Assembly: GCA_030704615.1 (NCBI GenBank)
Contig: CM060733.1
Location: forward strand, 55,180,001 to 55,244,000
From: Takakia lepidozioides
Lineage: Eukaryota > Plantae > Bryophyta
Length of the DNA stretch: 64,000 nt
Direction: 5' to 3'
Shown: positions 61,289 through 64,000 of the stretch, piece by piece
Layout: each line of letters begins with the position of its first letter
Numbering within the stretch: position 1 is the first letter of the stretch
Program-made: the position numbers and the translations under genes
Notes under the pieces: generated by a model
Told to the model about the DNA's origin: nothing
Databases searched by the model: none
What the model saw: the letters and a program-made list of their open reading frames with translations, nothing else

Positions 61289-64000
61289 TATCTTTTTTAA
61301 TTTTGATGTTCAGTATCATGTTCAGTTTTGAAGTATACGTTGTCATTTATGCATTGGCACTACAGTTCAATGCCTTAAGTTTATTGCGTAGTATGTTTAG
61401 CAAGTGGGCTCTCAAAGAGGAGGCAAGACAACTTGCGCGCATGAACGTTCTGAGCAAAGCTTACAGCCGTTGACTTGCTGCAGGGATACTTATTTTATTG
61501 CTGCTATGGCATGTAGGAGTGATGGGTAGGATTATGATTACTGGCAGTGGGCCTTTGGAGTTTAATGCCCTCATCACTCATGGTCAACATCAATTTGGTT
61601 CACATGGCATTGCTAATGGTCAACATCGATTTGGTTCAAACATTTAAACAGGTTGAGCCCAGGTTGAGCTGTGGTGATCGGGAGATTGGCTGTCTTTTGG
61701 GTTTTGATTTACAGTGAGCATCCAGAATTGCGTGATGTTTGCCTGCTTGGAGCACAAACAAACAAAGAAAATACAGGAGGAGTAACTATTCTCCAGTACA
61801 TAATTAAGCTGTAAAACTGGGTGAACGAGATACAACCCATTAGTAGATTCATATGATCTTCAAAATAAAGATGATGATCATAAGCAATAGAAGCAAGAAA
61901 GGATCAGGAAACATGTCGAATTTGTACCCTTATGCGCGATGAAACTATGCCTTGACACTCCCTCTAAATCACTCTGGAGAATCGTTTGGAGATTTTCCCG
62001 CTGTGGGCACTTGACGAGGTGCATAATCTACCTACTCAGCACAACCTGTCACGCAATCATGAAACTATTCATCCAGGGGATCGTAATCGCAAGTATCGGT
62101 GCTAAGCATCAAAACCCTTTGCATAGGCAAGACCAATAAACTATTGATTTAAAATACCTCGATGAAAATAATTGTAATTAATATACTTTTGTTATCAGTT
62201 TCAAATGCCCTCTAATGGAATTGCCTTCAATGGCTCCTAGACCCATGGGGTGCGCAACATTTGGCATGCAACAGTAAGAAAGTGATGCACAAATTTATCC
62301 ATGGCTATTAAATGCCGAACGAGAAATATCACTAAATATAGTGGATGTCCGATGTCAGTGGTTATAACCAACTCTCCAATTCTTTTATTGTATGGTTTTT
62401 AAGTTGTTTGTACTAACTCTTCTCTTTGCCCATTCAACTGTGACAACTTAGATTAAATGTGGTAACAGTTGGTTTGTGTGTATAGGTAATATAACTATGA
62501 CACTAGAGTTGCAATAGGGTTTCACAAAGGTCATGGGAAATAAGCAAAACAAGTGGGTCAATTGGAGGAGAATGAAGCAGTGGTTGTATGGAGAGGAAAC
62601 ACTTGTTGTAACTTTTGTTTTCTTAATTCCTAGGCATTCTCTTTTTCCAAGATGTGAAGAAGAATAATCCACATAGCTGAACTCCACTTATTAGTAAAAA
62701 GACAAACTTCTTGCTTTGTGTTGAATTACTTGTAGTAACTCATACTTTCTAGAAGTTTGTAAGTGAAAAATAATATATATATACCAATGAAAATTTCATA
62801 TGAAGTTGTCTACTATTTAAATGTAAATAGAAAATTTACATAACATACTAAAAACTCATAAATAGAGAACTATGTTATTATAAAATGTCCAAGCTGTTGA
62901 TAATATTATCAAGTACTGCAAATAAAAAATAGAGTAATTAATACTCAACTCATCCATTGACCCAATGTTGCTTGTTATTCATAGTAATTATTTTAATATC
63001 TAGGGTTAATATCATATATTGTAAGTAGAGTAGTGACTAACTTATGTCTATTGGGGATATAAACATGAGAAATTAGGACCGATTGTTATTAGTTTGGTTT
63101 TCTAATTTAATAACAACTATTATTATTCCAGATCATACATCATAACCATGGCCGGATGGATGGGAATGCGAGCACAAGAGGTGCTTGGAGCGTACATGGA
63201 TTGGACACTGTAATGTTATCAATTAATTTCCACTGATTGAAGTTATCAGGAGAAATATGTTGAATCTTGTGAATAAGAACTGCATACAAAATATGTTTAT
63301 TTTACCGATCCATTTCATAGTAATGATAAAAAACTCATCATGTCTGTAGCATTGAGATATTTTAATAGGAAGAGAAAATAAATATTTATTTTAATAAAAC
63401 AAATTTGAGATATGGCCACTCATTGTATTTGTATCACGATATAGGATTTGAAATTCAAAAGTTTCATCTGTATTTTGGATAACATTTAATTAGATTAAGA
63501 AGGATATGTATTTATTGTGACTTATATGGTGCAGTCAAGCAAAGCTACACTTCAAGGAAGAACTTGGTGCGACCGTGAAGATTCAAGTATGTCTGAAGTT
63601 CAATCAATGAATTATTCTATCTTATTCATTTATTTAATTATTTCATCTGACATTAAATAACAATGTAGAATATTGTAGCTGCCAACAAACCCATTCAATT
63701 ATTTCTAGATACTTAGCCACAACAATTATATTAAAAATTATGCAATTTTAATGGATGTTTGATGCCCAGTTTTGTTTATTATGCATATTTGGGAATCACA
63801 TAAATAATTCGTCCTATGTGTCCAAGTTGCAGACGGCATGGCGAAGACATGTTGCCAGAAAATTAATACAATTATGGAGGCAACAAGCGACAAATATTCA
63901 ACGATTTTTTCGCGGTCACCTAGGCCGCGAACGATTTCATGCAATCCGTAGACAAAGAGACAAGGAATTGCGCGTAGCCTATTTTCGTCATCATGCTACT

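Noticed and set aside
8562-62431. GGGCAAAGAG at 8562 and its reverse complement at about 62422-62431 as TIRs of a 54-kb element
   Set aside because: Only 10 bp match and the flanks (ATAA vs ATTC) are not a TSD, so this is compatible with chance.
61300-64000. AT-rich terminal region with short ORFs
   Set aside because: No supportable gene or element structure.

Overview
This is a TE-saturated, intron-containing land-plant window; the gene and repeat content looks bryophyte-like, which is inference. It holds one ordinary host gene (a lipid-transfer-protein-like secreted protein, 5724-6069), several Ty3/gypsy remnants, a Sola2-type DDE transposase, and CACTA, LINE and MITE fragments. The main result is a family of large Mutator-related units present in three diverged copies: A (about 16.4-25.5 kb), B (about 25.5-38.05 kb) and C (about 42.6-48.6 kb). 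The unit pairs a GCM-like/MULE-DDE/SWIM transposase head-to-head with a spliced gene; in B that gene fuses a ParB/Sulfiredoxin-type domain (WDGNHR) to a beta-class N4/N6 amino-DNA-methyltransferase fold. Each copy carries its own array of a short CpG-containing (quasi-)palindrome in its non-coding DNA: GTCGTTAACGCCATTC in A, AAATTCGGCGCCGAATTT in B and ACAGTGTGCGG-CA-CCGCACACTGT in C. This suggests a parS/ParB-like, sequence-specific self-marking or anti-silencing system. Three separate small inversions cut through TE reading frames. All domain calls come from motifs read by eye, no searches were run, and boundaries are approximate.
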